Source: Flaviaesturariibacter aridisoli
Lineage (GTDB): Bacteria > Bacteroidota > Bacteroidia > Chitinophagales > Chitinophagaceae
Assembly: GCF_004343705.1 (NCBI RefSeq)
Contig: NZ_SKFH01000008.1
Location: 1 to 64,000 of the forward strand
Length of the DNA: 64,000 nucleotides
Direction: 5' to 3'
This document shows positions 1 through 9,606 of the stretch, in pieces. The position numbers and the translations under genes were made by a program. Under the pieces are notes generated by a model. That model was not told where the DNA came from. It saw only the letters and a list, made by a program, of their open reading frames with translations, and did no database searches. Each line of letters begins with the position of its first letter. Positions within the stretch are counted from its first letter, which is position 1.

Positions 1-1
1 G

Positions 2-157
2 CGGCGCGCGCCGCTCGACGCCCCGCTGCGGGGCTGGACATCGGCGCTGGCCACCGGGGTGCGCACCGACGGGGTGCTCCTCGCTGCCCAGCTGCTGGTG
101 GCCGCCCTGCTGTTGTATATCCTGGTGCGCTGGCTGCGCGGTGCGGCCCGCAGCTGA
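2..157 (+). CDS. partial CDS (3' end) of an upstream hydrophobic protein
   Basis: Open frame from window edge to TGA at 155-157; Leu-rich hydrophobic tail. No start in window. Confidence 0.3.
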   Translation, partial: RRAPLDAPLRGWTSALATGVRTDGVLLAAQLLVAALLLYILVRWLRGAARS

Positions 158-339
158 ATGCGATTGCCGGGCTTCCGGGCTCCCGGGGCTATTGCAATCG
201 TCCGAGGGGCGGACCGCAAGGCGCTACGAATATTGGTCGAAGGACCGCGGATTCGAGGAATACGTGGAGGTGGTGGAGGGGAGTTGTGAAGCGTTGGTGC
301 GGGTGTTGCGGGCGCATGGAGCGGATCATTAATACCCTA

Positions 340-373
340 CAAAAGAGGCCACCCAATGGGTGGCCTCTTTTGT
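340..373. terminator. bidirectional rho-independent terminator
   Basis: AAAAGAGGCCACCC-AAT-GGGTGGCCTCTTTTGT: perfect GC-rich hairpin flanked by A-run and T-run, between convergent genes. Confidence 0.6.
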
Positions 374-390
374 GTCACGGGGCGCGGGCA

Positions 391-1158
391 TCAGGCGCCC
401 GCCTGGGCTTCTGCTTCGGCTTCTAATGCCGTGCCGCGGGCGCGGATGATGTTGCGGAATTTCTCGGTGTGCGCATTTACGGCGGCGATGACCTCGGGCC
501 AGGGCGCAGCACCTTCGGCTACATCCAGCTCCACCTCCAGCTTGTGCAGGAGGTTTTCATACACCTCGGGGACCGCGTTGCGGAGGTCTTCAAATGTGTA
601 CTCGCTCGTTGCCTGTGAGCGCAGGATCGTGCGCTGCAGGTAGTTGTCGTTGAAGTCGTTGTTGATGGCAGCGAGGTCGTCGCTGAAATGCGCCGCCGGC
701 AGCAGGAGGGCGGCATCGGCGGCGCCGGGTGCGGTGCGGAGGTCTTTCAGGATGCCGTTGATGGCGGACGTCTGGTCGTTGTATTCGAGCCGGCGGACAT
801 CACTGGGCGTAGGGCCGTATTTCTTGAACAGGTTTTGCAACAGGAGCGCAGCCGCCCGCTCACGGGGTTTCAGCTCATTGGCCGCATAGGCGTCGAGGAG
901 CCAATACAAGCCGCTCAGGATGCCGTCGCGCAGGGCATCGAATCGGGCGATGGCGTCGGAAAGCTGCGAGTCGGTGCTTTGCTTGTGCACCAGTTCCATT
1001 TGCGCCACCTTGGTCCGAAGCTGGTCGATAAGGGCGGCGAGCTTCACCGAGGGGGCGGGAACGAGGCGCAGGATGAGGGTGACAAGGCCTTTGAGAAACT
1101 GGATCAGTTGTCCGTTGTGGAGCCGGGCGAGGCTCAGGGATGTGGTTTTGGTTGCCAT
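391..1158 (-). CDS. hypothetical protein (255 aa, helical, no recognizable motifs)
   Basis: Long ORF with native GC and plausible ATG; no catalytic motif recognized. Confidence 0.5.
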   Translation of the reverse strand: MATKTTSLSLARLHNGQLIQFLKGLVTLILRLVPAPSVKLAALIDQLRTKVAQMELVHKQSTDSQLSDAIARFDALRDGILSGLYWLLDAYAANELKPRERAAALLLQNLFKKYGPTPSDVRRLEYNDQTSAINGILKDLRTAPGAADAALLLPAAHFSDDLAAINNDFNDNYLQRTILRSQATSEYTFEDLRNAVPEVYENLLHKLEVELDVAEGAAPWPEVIAAVNAHTEKFRNIIRARGTALEAEAEAQAGA

Positions 1159-1261
1159 AAAATGTTTGATTTAGTTTATTTAAGCTAGGCAAAAGGACGG
1201 TTCCCAGCAAACTATTTTCGGTGCAACTGATAATCAATCGGTTCTGTATGACCGCTAGCGC

Positions 1262-1501
1262 CCAACGGCTGTTTTTTGCCGCTGCGCGCTGCAGCAGCCC
1301 GCCAACGATCGTTTTTTCGTTGCTGCACGCTGCAGCAGCCTTCCGATAGCCGTTTTTTGCCCGCTGCACGGTGCACGAAGCTTCCGACGTTCGTTTTTGG
1401 GCGCTGCACGGTGCAGGAAGAAAAAAACGGGTGTTTTTTGGGTGCTGCAGCGTGTAGGAAGGGAAAAACGACCGTTTTTGCGCTGCTGCCTTGTGGAGGG
1501 G
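1262..1501. repeat. tandem array, ~41-bp unit x6
   Basis: Degenerate units, each with CGTTTTTTG followed by GCTGCACGCTGCAGCAGC (contains GCTGC/GCAGC inverted repeat). Spurious ORFs on both strands cross it. Confidence 0.85.
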
Positions 1502-1569
1502 TTCGGCGGAAGCTGGAATCTGCAAAAAGAGAGCGGAAACTGCCCATCATGAGACAGCGAATCGGAGAA

Positions 1570-1610
1570 TTTGCTTAAAATCTGCAAATAATCGAAAAAA
1601 TATGTTTGTG
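1570..1610 (+). promoter_or_regulatory. putative Bacteroidetes-type promoter for the abiL-like operon
   Basis: TATGTTTG (TAnnTTTG -7 box) at 1602-1609 with TTG upstream, ~45 bp before the ATG at 1652. Confidence 0.4.
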
Positions 1611-1651
1611 GCTTCGGCGCTCCTACTACCTTAGCAGGTATAACCCATCCT

Positions 1652-2935
1652 ATGTTTATTGATTTCAGTGTCAAGAATTTCCGTTCAATCAAGGACTTGC
1701 AGACGATCAGTTTCGTAGCGACGGGACTAAAAAGCCCGGAGCAATATGTAGAAGTGGATCGGAACAATATAGTTAACGAGGGCGAGTTGCGATTACTGAA
1801 AACGGTTGGGATTTATGGGGCTAATGCGTCAGGAAAGAGCAATGTGGTGCTAGCATTAGATCGATTCATGGAAGCTATTTGGAGCGAGGCGAGCACTGAA
1901 TCAAATCTGGACGAATTATTTCAGCCTTTTCTTTTTCAAACTGACAGGGAGAATACGGATATTTTTTTCCAAGTTAATTTTCTACTCGAAGGGAAAAAGT
2001 ATAGATACGGGTTCACGGTTAAAAAGAATATGGAATACGATGGCGATAATAAAAATAGTCGCCATATTATTTCCAGTGAGTGGCTTTTCGGGCCGAAAGA
2101 GAAAAATGTTGTCCCTCTTTTTACAAGAAAAGGACTTGAAATCAAAAAGGATAAACTAGCGAATCATGAACGTATTCCCCCTTTGCAATATCCGCACACT
2201 CTTTTTCTGACTCATGCTTCTGCGTTTGATCGTGAGAGTATTTGTACGGAAGTGAGAGAATTTCTCAGACTCTACACTTTATCGAATGTCAACTTCAAGG
2301 AGCTAGCGCTCTTCCGAAGGAGTGCATTAAATCTTATTGAAGATGAGGGACGGAAGGAACCATTTCTTGCGATGATGTCAGCCTTCGGACTGCCTTACGA
2401 CGATGTTATCGTGGAGCGTGGTGGCGATGATGATTCTAAGGTTGTGTCGTTGGATAAGATTTTTCTAACTCGAAATGTGGTTGCTTCGGATGGTAAGGTC
2501 TATCCGGTAAAATTGAATTTAGGAACAACCGAGTCGGAGGGCACTCGTAAGCTTTTCGATTTATTAGGGCTGATTTATCGCGCTTTTGATTCTGTCGATC
2601 CAGCCATGTTTATTTTGGATGAGATCGATAGCAATTTCCATCCTAGCCTTTTGATTCATCTTCTAAAGATGTTCAACAATCCTGAGATAAATAAGAGTAA
2701 TTCTCAGTTGTTATTCACAAGTCATGATACAAACTTGATGTCGCCATCAATTATGCGTAGGGATCAATTCTTCTTTGCGGAAAAGCTGGATGAGGCAACG
2801 AAGGTTTTTAGTCTGTCCGACTTAAGGGGTATTCGAAATGATGCGGATTTCGCCCGTATGTATCTTTCTGGACTGTTGGGGGCAAAGCCAATTTTGCACG
2901 ACTATAAATTTATTGATAGCGATGGAAGTAATTGA
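1652..2935 (+). CDS. AAA_21-type ATPase (AbiLi-like abortive-infection ATPase)
   Basis: N-terminal MFIDFSVKNFRSIKD..IYGANASGKSN Walker A typical of the AAA_21/AAA_15 SMC-like ATPase family. Low-GC gene in high-GC genome. Overlaps downstream RloB-like gene. Confidence 0.85.
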   Translation: MFIDFSVKNFRSIKDLQTISFVATGLKSPEQYVEVDRNNIVNEGELRLLKTVGIYGANASGKSNVVLALDRFMEAIWSEASTESNLDELFQPFLFQTDRENTDIFFQVNFLLEGKKYRYGFTVKKNMEYDGDNKNSRHIISSEWLFGPKEKNVVPLFTRKGLEIKKDKLANHERIPPLQYPHTLFLTHASAFDRESICTEVREFLRLYTLSNVNFKELALFRRSALNLIEDEGRKEPFLAMMSAFGLPYDDVIVERGGDDDSKVVSLDKIFLTRNVVASDGKVYPVKLNLGTTESEGTRKLFDLLGLIYRAFDSVDPAMFILDEIDSNFHPSLLIHLLKMFNNPEINKSNSQLLFTSHDTNLMSPSIMRRDQFFFAEKLDEATKVFSLSDLRGIRNDADFARMYLSGLLGAKPILHDYKFIDSDGSN

Positions 2936-3671
2936 ACCTTGGGATCTACAGGCTGATTCAGTTAGAAGTTCGGATACTGTTAATAATGTTATCATTTTCT
3001 GTGAAGATGATGCCGTTGAGCCAACTTACTTTCAGGACTTTGGTACCCCTAATTTGCATGTCAGTATTAATAGGAATTACAAGCAGCATCACTTTCATGT
3101 AGATGCCGTTGTAGAACATTTTCGGGCAATAGGAATGTTGGAGTTTGTAGACGGTGTAGAACGTTTGAAAATTGATGAAGGGAGTTATGTGTGGTGTGTT
3201 TTCGATCGAGATAAAGCCCCGGATAAAGCCGACGCGGCTTTCAATTTATCTATAAGGAATGCGGAAGATATGGGCGTTCGAGTTGCTTGGAGCAATGATA
3301 ATTTCGAGCTTTGGCTCCTACTACATTTTGAAAATGTTCCTTTGGATAATCCAACTTTTGAACATAGGGATACTTATTATGGTCGTTTGACTGAAATCGT
3401 TGCTGAAGGGCCAGCTGTTAATTCTGCACATCAGGCAATACTAAATCAAATTGCAGCTGGCGCTCCAACGTACAGTTATTACAATTGGATGAAGAGTGAG
3501 TCAAATTTTAAAAATGTTACTAGACATTTATTAACGGGTCTCACATCCGATGCCATACAACGGGCAAGGGCCTTACACGATCATTTCTCAACGCCAGCAA
3601 GACCACCGCACCAAATGATGCCGTGCACGCTGGTCTATCAATTGGTAGAGCAATTACTGAGCCTGCAATAA
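2922..3671 (+). CDS. RloB-like / Toprim-like protein (AbiLii-like)
   Basis: Internal ATG overlapping stop of upstream ATPase by 14 bp. VIIFCEDDAVEP and VWCVFDRD acidic motifs typical of RloB (pfam13707) Toprim-like partners of AAA_21 ATPases. Low GC. Confidence 0.7.
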   Translation: MEVIEPWDLQADSVRSSDTVNNVIIFCEDDAVEPTYFQDFGTPNLHVSINRNYKQHHFHVDAVVEHFRAIGMLEFVDGVERLKIDEGSYVWCVFDRDKAPDKADAAFNLSIRNAEDMGVRVAWSNDNFELWLLLHFENVPLDNPTFEHRDTYYGRLTEIVAEGPAVNSAHQAILNQIAAGAPTYSYYNWMKSESNFKNVTRHLLTGLTSDAIQRARALHDHFSTPARPPHQMMPCTLVYQLVEQLLSLQ

Positions 3672-3683
3672 TAACTTGTAAGC

Positions 3684-4088
3684 ATGAGGCAGGCACTCAC
3701 CTTCCGCCCCCGCTACTTCCTCCTCGCCCTCCTCCTCTTCCTCATCGAAGTACTCATCGCCCTGTACGTCAACGACTGGCTCATCCGCCCCTATGGCGGC
3801 GACTACCTCGTGGTGACCCTGCTCTACTGCGGGCTGCGGGCATTCGTCAACGTGACGCCGTGGAAGGGCGCGCTCGCCGTGCTGCTGTTTGCCTACGCCA
3901 TCGAAACAGCGCAGTATTTCGAGCTCGTGCGGCACCTGGGTCTTTCCCATAACCGCGTGGCCCGCACCGTTATCGGTACCGGCTTCGAATGGAAGGACCT
4001 GCTGGCGTATACGCTGGGCATCATCACGGTGCTGCTGCTGGAATACAGAGTGCCCGTCACCCTTCGGCTGCGCTCAGGGCGACAGTAA
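3684..4088 (+). CDS. DUF2809-like small membrane protein
   Basis: 134 aa, 3-4 TM segments, ALYVNDWLIRPYGGDYLVV motif reminiscent of DUF2809. GC back to genome level. Confidence 0.5.
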   Translation: MRQALTFRPRYFLLALLLFLIEVLIALYVNDWLIRPYGGDYLVVTLLYCGLRAFVNVTPWKGALAVLLFAYAIETAQYFELVRHLGLSHNRVARTVIGTGFEWKDLLAYTLGIITVLLLEYRVPVTLRLRSGRQ

Positions 4089-4190
4089 GCTTTACGCCGG
4101 AATCTGAAATCCTAAATCTGAGATCAGACATCCGGCATCCGATAGCTCCCGTGTGGTTTCTCCCTACCTTCCGCTTCTATTTATTTCCAT

Positions 4191-6164
4191 ATGAACAAAC
4201 GCTTTCTTGCCCTCGCGGCCCTGCTCTGGTCGGCCGTTGCCCTGGCCCAGGATCCGGATACGGCCGCACCCGCTGCCGCCGCACCCTCGCGCTACGACCA
4301 CCATGCCGTCTTCACCCCCCATTTCTATCCCTGGCCCGGCAACGAGGTACGCTCCGCTTCCGGCGCGCCCGGACCGAAGTACTGGCAAAACCGCGCCGAC
4401 TACAACATCGGCGTGACCCTCGACACCGCCCGTCATTCGGTGGGCGGCTCGGCCACGATCACGTATACCAACAATAGTCCGGACGCGCTGCCCTTTCTCT
4501 GGCTGCAGCTCGATCAGAACATCTACCAGGCCGGCTCCCGCGCCACCGCCACCACCACGCAGGCCGGCGGCCGCTGGGCCAACCCCGCCTTCACCGCCGG
4601 CGATTCGCTGCTGAGCGTGCAGCTGGATATGGGCGGACAAAAAGGAACGCCGCAATACAGCATCACCGATACCCGCATGCAGGTGTTCCTGCCGCAGCCG
4701 CTGGCGCCCGGCGCCAAGCTGAGCCTGACGGTATCCTACAACTTCAGCATCCCCGAGCGCGGCACCGACCGCATGGGCCGCATGCGCACCAGCAATGGCT
4801 GGATCTACGCCATTGCCCAGTGGTTTCCCCGCATGGCGGTTTACGACGACATCTACGGCTGGAACACGCTGCCCTACCTCGGCGCCGGTGAGTTCTACCT
4901 CGAATACGGCGACATCACCTACAGCATCACGGCGCCGTCCAACCTCATCGTGGCCGGCTCGGGCACGCTGCTCAACGAAAGCGAAGTGCTCACCGCCGAG
5001 CAGGTGGCCCGCCTCGCGCAGGCCCGCAATTCGGACAAGACCGTCGCCATCCGCGCCGCCAAGGAAGTGACCAGCAAAAGCTCGCGCCCCACGGGTGGCT
5101 CGCTGACCTGGCGCTTCCGCATCGATAACGCCCGCGACGCGGCCTGGACCGCCTCGCGCGCTTTCGTGTGGGACGCCGCCCGCATCAACCTGCCTTCGGG
5201 CAAGAAGGCCCTGGCCCAGAGCGTGTACCCCGTGGAAAGCATCCGCAAGGACGGCTGGCAGCGCGGCACCGAGTTCACCAAGGCTTCGATCGAATACTAC
5301 TCCAACCAGTGGTTCGAGTTTCCCTACCCCGTGGCTACCAACGTGGCCTGCAACGTAGCCGGCATGGAATACCCCGGCATCGTATTCTGCAGCGCCGGCG
5401 ACTCGGGCGGCGACCTCTGGGGCGTAACGGACCACGAGTTCGGCCATACCTGGTTCCCGATGATCGTGGGTTCCAACGAGCGCAAGTATGCCTGGATGGA
5501 CGAAGGCTTCAACACCTTCATCAACGACGGCTCCACGAAAGCCTTCAACAAGGGTGAATTCGCCGGCACCGCGATCGGCTCCGGCGACGAGATGAACCAG
5601 TACATTTTCAGCGGCCATATGGACCCGCTGTGGACGGTGCCCGACGTGGTGCAGCAGTCGAATCTGGGCATCACGGCCTACTTCAAGCCGGGGATGATGC
5701 TGACGGCGCTGCGCGAGGTGGTGCTCGGCCCCGAGCGCTTCGACCGCGCCTTCCGCACCTACGTCGCGCGTTGGGCCTTCAAGCACCCCACCCCCTGGGA
5801 TTTCTTCCATACGATGGAGAACGTGAGCGGTGAAGACCTCGGCTGGTTCTGGCGCGGCTGGGTGTTCGACAACTGGCAGCTCGACCAGGCCGTGACCGGC
5901 GTCAAGTACAACAGCAACGACCCGTCGAAAGGCGCCTCCATCCAGATCGAGAACCGCGGCGAGATGGCCATGCCGGTGCCGGTGCTGGTCAAGGAAAGCA
6001 ACGGCAAGACTCATCGCCTCACCCTGCCCGTGGAAGTATGGCAGCGCGGCGGCAAGTGGGCCTTCACCGTACCCAGCACGAGCAACATCACCGAGGTCAC
6101 CATCGACCCCGACAAGAAGCTGCCGGATGTGAACCGCAAAAACAACAACCTGAAGCCGTTCTGA
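4191..6164 (+). CDS. secreted M1-family zinc metallopeptidase (aminopeptidase N-like)
   Basis: Signal peptide [19 protein letters not shown]; HEFGHTWF..18..WMDEGFNTF gluzincin HEXXH-E motif. Confidence 0.85.
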   Translation: MNKRFLALAALLWSAVALAQDPDTAAPAAAAPSRYDHHAVFTPHFYPWPGNEVRSASGAPGPKYWQNRADYNIGVTLDTARHSVGGSATITYTNNSPDALPFLWLQLDQNIYQAGSRATATTTQAGGRWANPAFTAGDSLLSVQLDMGGQKGTPQYSITDTRMQVFLPQPLAPGAKLSLTVSYNFSIPERGTDRMGRMRTSNGWIYAIAQWFPRMAVYDDIYGWNTLPYLGAGEFYLEYGDITYSITAPSNLIVAGSGTLLNESEVLTAEQVARLAQARNSDKTVAIRAAKEVTSKSSRPTGGSLTWRFRIDNARDAAWTASRAFVWDAARINLPSGKKALAQSVYPVESIRKDGWQRGTEFTKASIEYYSNQWFEFPYPVATNVACNVAGMEYPGIVFCSAGDSGGDLWGVTDHEFGHTWFPMIVGSNERKYAWMDEGFNTFINDGSTKAFNKGEFAGTAIGSGDEMNQYIFSGHMDPLWTVPDVVQQSNLGITAYFKPGMMLTALREVVLGPERFDRAFRTYVARWAFKHPTPWDFFHTMENVSGEDLGWFWRGWVFDNWQLDQAVTGVKYNSNDPSKGASIQIENRGEMAMPVPVLVKESNGKTHRLTLPVEVWQRGGKWAFTVPSTSNITEVTIDPDKKLPDVNRKNNNLKPF

Positions 6165-6188
6165 TAGCGTGCTGATGTGTTCATTAAT

Positions 6189-6222
6189 AAATGCCCCCGC
6201 CTGAACGGGGGCGTTTGCTTTT
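6189..6222 (+). terminator. rho-independent terminator after peptidase gene
   Basis: GCCCCCG-CCTGAA-CGGGGGC hairpin followed by TTTGCTTTT. Confidence 0.6.
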
Positions 6223-6649
6223 GGAACGCGGAGAAAGTAAGAATACATTTGGCCACGGAGGTTGGGGCGATGCAGAGAGGAGTTCTAGGGCTGGCGTCTC
6301 AACTGTCTGTACGAATCGTTTCTCAGGCTGGCGATCGTAGTTCAAGCCTCCCGCAAGCGGAACATGCGCGAAGGCCGCACTAGAGGTAGTGACTCTGACG
6401 TGACATTTTCCTGCGTAAACATTCTGGTTTCGTTCAGTCCACGAACTGTTGGAGTGCCTTCGCGAATGGATCGCCTTGCGATCCGCTCTAACTACGAAAG
6501 GCAAACCGTTACGAAGGGGACAAAGTGGCATTCAACTATGGACACAACATCGCGGCCTTCTCCACCTCTGCGCTCAAATATTTTCTTCTTGTCTTGGCGT
6601 TAAAGAATCCGGGACCACCCTCCTTCTGCGAATTTTCTAATTTCGGTGC

Positions 6650-7108
6650 ATGCGTCCGGTGATTGTTGGTTTTGGTTTGTTGATCCTGTGCCTGCTCCTG
6701 TTCTTCCGGATCGCGGAACTGCAGGTTTGGCAGGGGAATGTGCGGCTGGAGGTAATCGTGGCGGTGGCGGCGGTGCTGTTCTTTTTCATCGGGGTGTATT
6801 TCAACCGGAAGGCGGAAGGACCGGCTGCTAAGACCGGTACGTCCGGAAGCGATGTGCCCGCTGCGCCTGCGGAAGGGTCGACGCCGGTAGCGGCCGCAGA
6901 GGCCGCGCGGGCTGCCGGGCTCACCGGGCGCGAGCTGGAGGTGCTGCAAAAAATGGCCGAAGGCCTCAGCAATGCCGGGATCGGCGCGGCCCTCTACCTG
7001 TCGGAAAGCACGGTGAAGACCCACGTGTCGAACATCCTCTTCAAACTCGATGCCCCGCGGCGCGGTGCGGCCGTGCAGGCCGCCCGCGCCCGCGGAATCC
7101 TTTCCTGA
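6650..7108 (+). CDS. LuxR-family HTH transcriptional regulator with N-terminal membrane segment
   Basis: C-terminal LTGRELEVLQKMAEGLSNAGIGAALYLSESTVKTHVSNILFKL is a LuxR/GerE HTH. N-terminal TM helices. Confidence 0.75.
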   Translation: MRPVIVGFGLLILCLLLFFRIAELQVWQGNVRLEVIVAVAAVLFFFIGVYFNRKAEGPAAKTGTSGSDVPAAPAEGSTPVAAAEAARAAGLTGRELEVLQKMAEGLSNAGIGAALYLSESTVKTHVSNILFKLDAPRRGAAVQAARARGILS

Positions 7109-7200
7109 CGCGGAAATCCTACTTTCGTAGGAGCGAAATCCTCCTTCCGTACGAGGCCCCGGCCCCCCGGGAAGGCTAGGTTTGCATCAAAATTACTGCT

Positions 7201-7701
7201 ATGAAAAAAGTGTCTTTCCGCTACGGCTCCTTCGGTCTCCTAGTCATTATCCTGCTCAGCGCGCTCTCGATGAGCCTCCTCGGCTGCGACCACCCCTACA
7301 GCGAAGCGGCCGGTTACCTTACGATCCTGTTGTCGATGGTCTTTGTATTTTTCGGGCTCCGGCACTTCCGCAACGAGGTCAACGGCGGCTACCTCGGTTT
7401 CGGCCAGGGCATGAAGGTCGGCGGGCTGATCGTGCTCGTTCCGGCGGTGGGCTTCGGGCTGTTCGATATCCTTTACACCCGCGTGATCAACCCCTCCTGG
7501 AGCGCCAACTATACGGCCCGGATGACCGCCAACATGGACGCGGCCCAGAAGGAGGCCTTCGCGAAGCAAATGGCGCTATTCTCCAACCCGCTGTTCGAGT
7601 TTGCCCTGATGACCGCCACGGTGCTCATCGTCGGCGTCATCGTCACCATCATCTCCACGCTCGCGCTGATGCGGAAGCCGAAGAAGCAGTTTGTCGTTTG
7701 A
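7201..7701 (+). CDS. DUF4199-like integral membrane protein
   Basis: 166 aa, four hydrophobic segments; commonly paired with LuxR-type regulators in Bacteroidota. Confidence 0.5.
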   Translation: MKKVSFRYGSFGLLVIILLSALSMSLLGCDHPYSEAAGYLTILLSMVFVFFGLRHFRNEVNGGYLGFGQGMKVGGLIVLVPAVGFGLFDILYTRVINPSWSANYTARMTANMDAAQKEAFAKQMALFSNPLFEFALMTATVLIVGVIVTIISTLALMRKPKKQFVV

Positions 7702-7787
7702 AGTTTTTGGTTTGTAGTTTAGCTTGAACGCGGCAGCGCCGGCATTACTTACCGGCGTTGTATGCATTCGATGTACCCAAAATAAAC

Positions 7788-8207
7788 ATGATGAAAAAAG
7801 TGACCGGATTAGGCGGAGTGTTCTTTAAAGCAAAAGACCCCGCAGCCCTGCAGGCCTGGTATGAGCAGCACCTCGGCCTCAAGAAAAGCCCCTTCGGCGT
7901 GCTCTTCGGCTGGCGCCCCTTCGACAAGCCCGGGGAAAAGGCCTGTACCCTGTGGACGCCCTTCAAGGAGTCTACCGATTACTTCGGATCAGGAGACCAG
8001 TCGTTCATGATCAATTACCGCGTGGAGAACCTGGAAGCCCTGCTCGCGGAGCTGCAGGCCGCCGGCGTGACCATGGCGGGCGAGATGCAGACCTACGACT
8101 ACGGCAAGTTCGGCTGGATCATCGATCCCGAAGGCCGTAAGATCGAGCTCTGGGAGCCCATCGGCGGCACCTTCGGCGATATGGCGCAGGAGCATTCGAT
8201 TTATTAG
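7788..8207 (+). CDS. VOC family protein (glyoxalase/bleomycin-resistance fold)
   Basis: MMKKVTGLGGVFFKAKDP...KIELWEP pattern typical of small VOC proteins. Start chosen at internal Met 7788. Confidence 0.7.
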   Translation: MMKKVTGLGGVFFKAKDPAALQAWYEQHLGLKKSPFGVLFGWRPFDKPGEKACTLWTPFKESTDYFGSGDQSFMINYRVENLEALLAELQAAGVTMAGEMQTYDYGKFGWIIDPEGRKIELWEPIGGTFGDMAQEHSIY

Positions 8208-8221
8208 GACAGAGCCCCGGC

Positions 8222-8258
8222 CCCTGTCCCCCGAAGGGGGCACTTAGGAGGGTCTTTT
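8222..8258. repeat. dispersed repeat copy A (GCCCCGGCCCCTGTCCCCCGAAGGGGGCACTTAGG)
   Basis: Near-identical copies at 31789-31826 and, inverted, at 31953-31987. Contains CCCCCGAAGGGGG hairpin. Lies between convergent genes. Confidence 0.8.
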
Positions 8259-8370
8259 CTTCTGCGTTCCAGATATTCCTAAAGCAGCGTGTTTCAGTAA
8301 GAAGCCTCGATCGCAAAGCGATCGGGGCTTCTTCGTTCCCCTTCCCCTCGGGAAGGGGGTAGGGGATGGG

Positions 8371-9468
8371 CTAGGGGGCTATACATCGGTGCAACTCCTC
8401 CAGCGGCGACTCTTCCAGCACGTCGCGCATTACCCCGCTTCCTTCGCGGCGCCATTTAACCAGGCGCAGCTGGCCCCCTTCGATCTCGATCCCCGTGATC
8501 TCGCCGTCGGAGAAGCAGCAGCAGCCGCTGTTGAAATAAGTAGGCTTCAGCTTCAGGTAATCTTCGGAAAGATGGCTGTATTCAAACTGCCGCTTGCGGA
8601 TCTCGGCCTCGATGGCCGGCACCGAAGGATCGTTGTCGGCGCGGGCGTACAGCAACTGTCGATACAGCCGCTCGATGTGCGTGAGCGATTCGAATACGGG
8701 CTGGTGCGTGTGCCCGGTGATGAGCAGCAACCCGGGTTGCTGTGCGCTCCATTCGTACATCAGCGTGTTGTGGAGCGTCTTCAGCGTGGTGTCGTAGGCC
8801 GGCGTGTTGGGGTTGATCTGGAGCCAGCTTTGAAAGGGCGCCCAGATGCGGGCCACGAAGAATTTGCTGAACCAGTTTCCGTCGCTTACCTCGTCGCCCT
8901 GGTGGCCATGGGTGCAGAAGATCTCGAGCGGCCCGTTGGCGGTTTCGGTACGCAGCAATACACCCTCGTAAATGGGCACCGCGGTGCCGAAGGCGGCCTT
9001 GAGGTAAACGGGCGCCAGCGGATCGTTGTCCCACAGCAGGTCGTGGTTGCCAAAGATCTTGGTAAAGGCGCCACGGTCCTGGAACAGCCGCTCCTTTTCG
9101 AAGGTGGCGGCCTGCGCCTTACTCACGGCGAGCCAGCTGTTTTCCCAGAGCTCCTCGCAATCGCCGAGGGCGATGTAGTGATAGCCTTCGCGGTTGTAAT
9201 GCTCCAGCGCGGCGAGGTAGGCCGGCTCGCATACGGTGAAGTCGTCGGCACCGTTGCGCGTACCCTTGTGTTGGTCGGAAAAGATGATGAACTTCCCGGC
9301 GTCGCGGCTGAAAGGCAGCACGAGCCCTTTTTTAAAGGACCCTTTGCGCAAGCAGTCGAGCAGCTTCGAGAGGGCGGCAAACACGCGTTCCTTGTTGGGT
9401 GCCGACGAGTATCTGGCGGAGAGCCGGAGGACGGGTTTCAAGAGAATACGGCGGAGGAGTCTACGCAT
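8371..9468 (-). CDS. metallophosphoesterase (calcineurin-like)
   Basis: GDCEELW, GNHD, GHTHQP metal-binding motifs. Confidence 0.8.
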   Translation of the reverse strand: MRRLLRRILLKPVLRLSARYSSAPNKERVFAALSKLLDCLRKGSFKKGLVLPFSRDAGKFIIFSDQHKGTRNGADDFTVCEPAYLAALEHYNREGYHYIALGDCEELWENSWLAVSKAQAATFEKERLFQDRGAFTKIFGNHDLLWDNDPLAPVYLKAAFGTAVPIYEGVLLRTETANGPLEIFCTHGHQGDEVSDGNWFSKFFVARIWAPFQSWLQINPNTPAYDTTLKTLHNTLMYEWSAQQPGLLLITGHTHQPVFESLTHIERLYRQLLYARADNDPSVPAIEAEIRKRQFEYSHLSEDYLKLKPTYFNSGCCCFSDGEITGIEIEGGQLRLVKWRREGSGVMRDVLEESPLEELHRCIAP

Positions 9469-9482
9469 AAGTCACATTCGGA

Positions 9483-9604
9483 ACGTCATTGCGAGCGAAG
9501 CGAAGCAATCTGCTGCCCTTCGGCTCAGCAGCCTTGCGGGCACCCAAAACGTGGGTAAGATTGCTTCGTAGGCCGGCGCTTCACGCCGTCCGCCTCGCAA
9601 TGAC
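9483..9604. repeat. ~120-bp palindromic intergenic element (copy 1)
   Basis: GTCATTGCGAGCGAAGCGAAGCAATC ... GATTGCTTCG...CGCCTCGCAATGAC long inverted arms. Second copy at 54355-54470. Confidence 0.8.
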
Positions 9605-9606
9605 GG

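Noticed and set aside
1262-1501. CRISPR array hypothesis for the 41-bp, 21-bp (35075-35295) and 70-bp (37037-37490) tandem arrays
   Set aside because: Units are adjacent degenerate copies of one another with no unique spacers and no cas genes nearby. They are tandem repeats, not CRISPRs.
3623-3952. Pro-rich ORFs (3623..3952 plus and 3654..3950 minus) overlapping the DUF2809-like gene start
   Set aside because: Low-complexity translations of GC-rich sequence in alternative frames. The 3684..4088 frame gives a coherent membrane protein.
4164-6248. 694-aa ORF on the minus strand covering the whole M1 peptidase gene
   Set aside because: Antisense shadow ORF typical of high-GC DNA (Ala/Gly/Arg-rich, no motifs). 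The plus-strand gene has a signal peptide and HEXXH-E motif.
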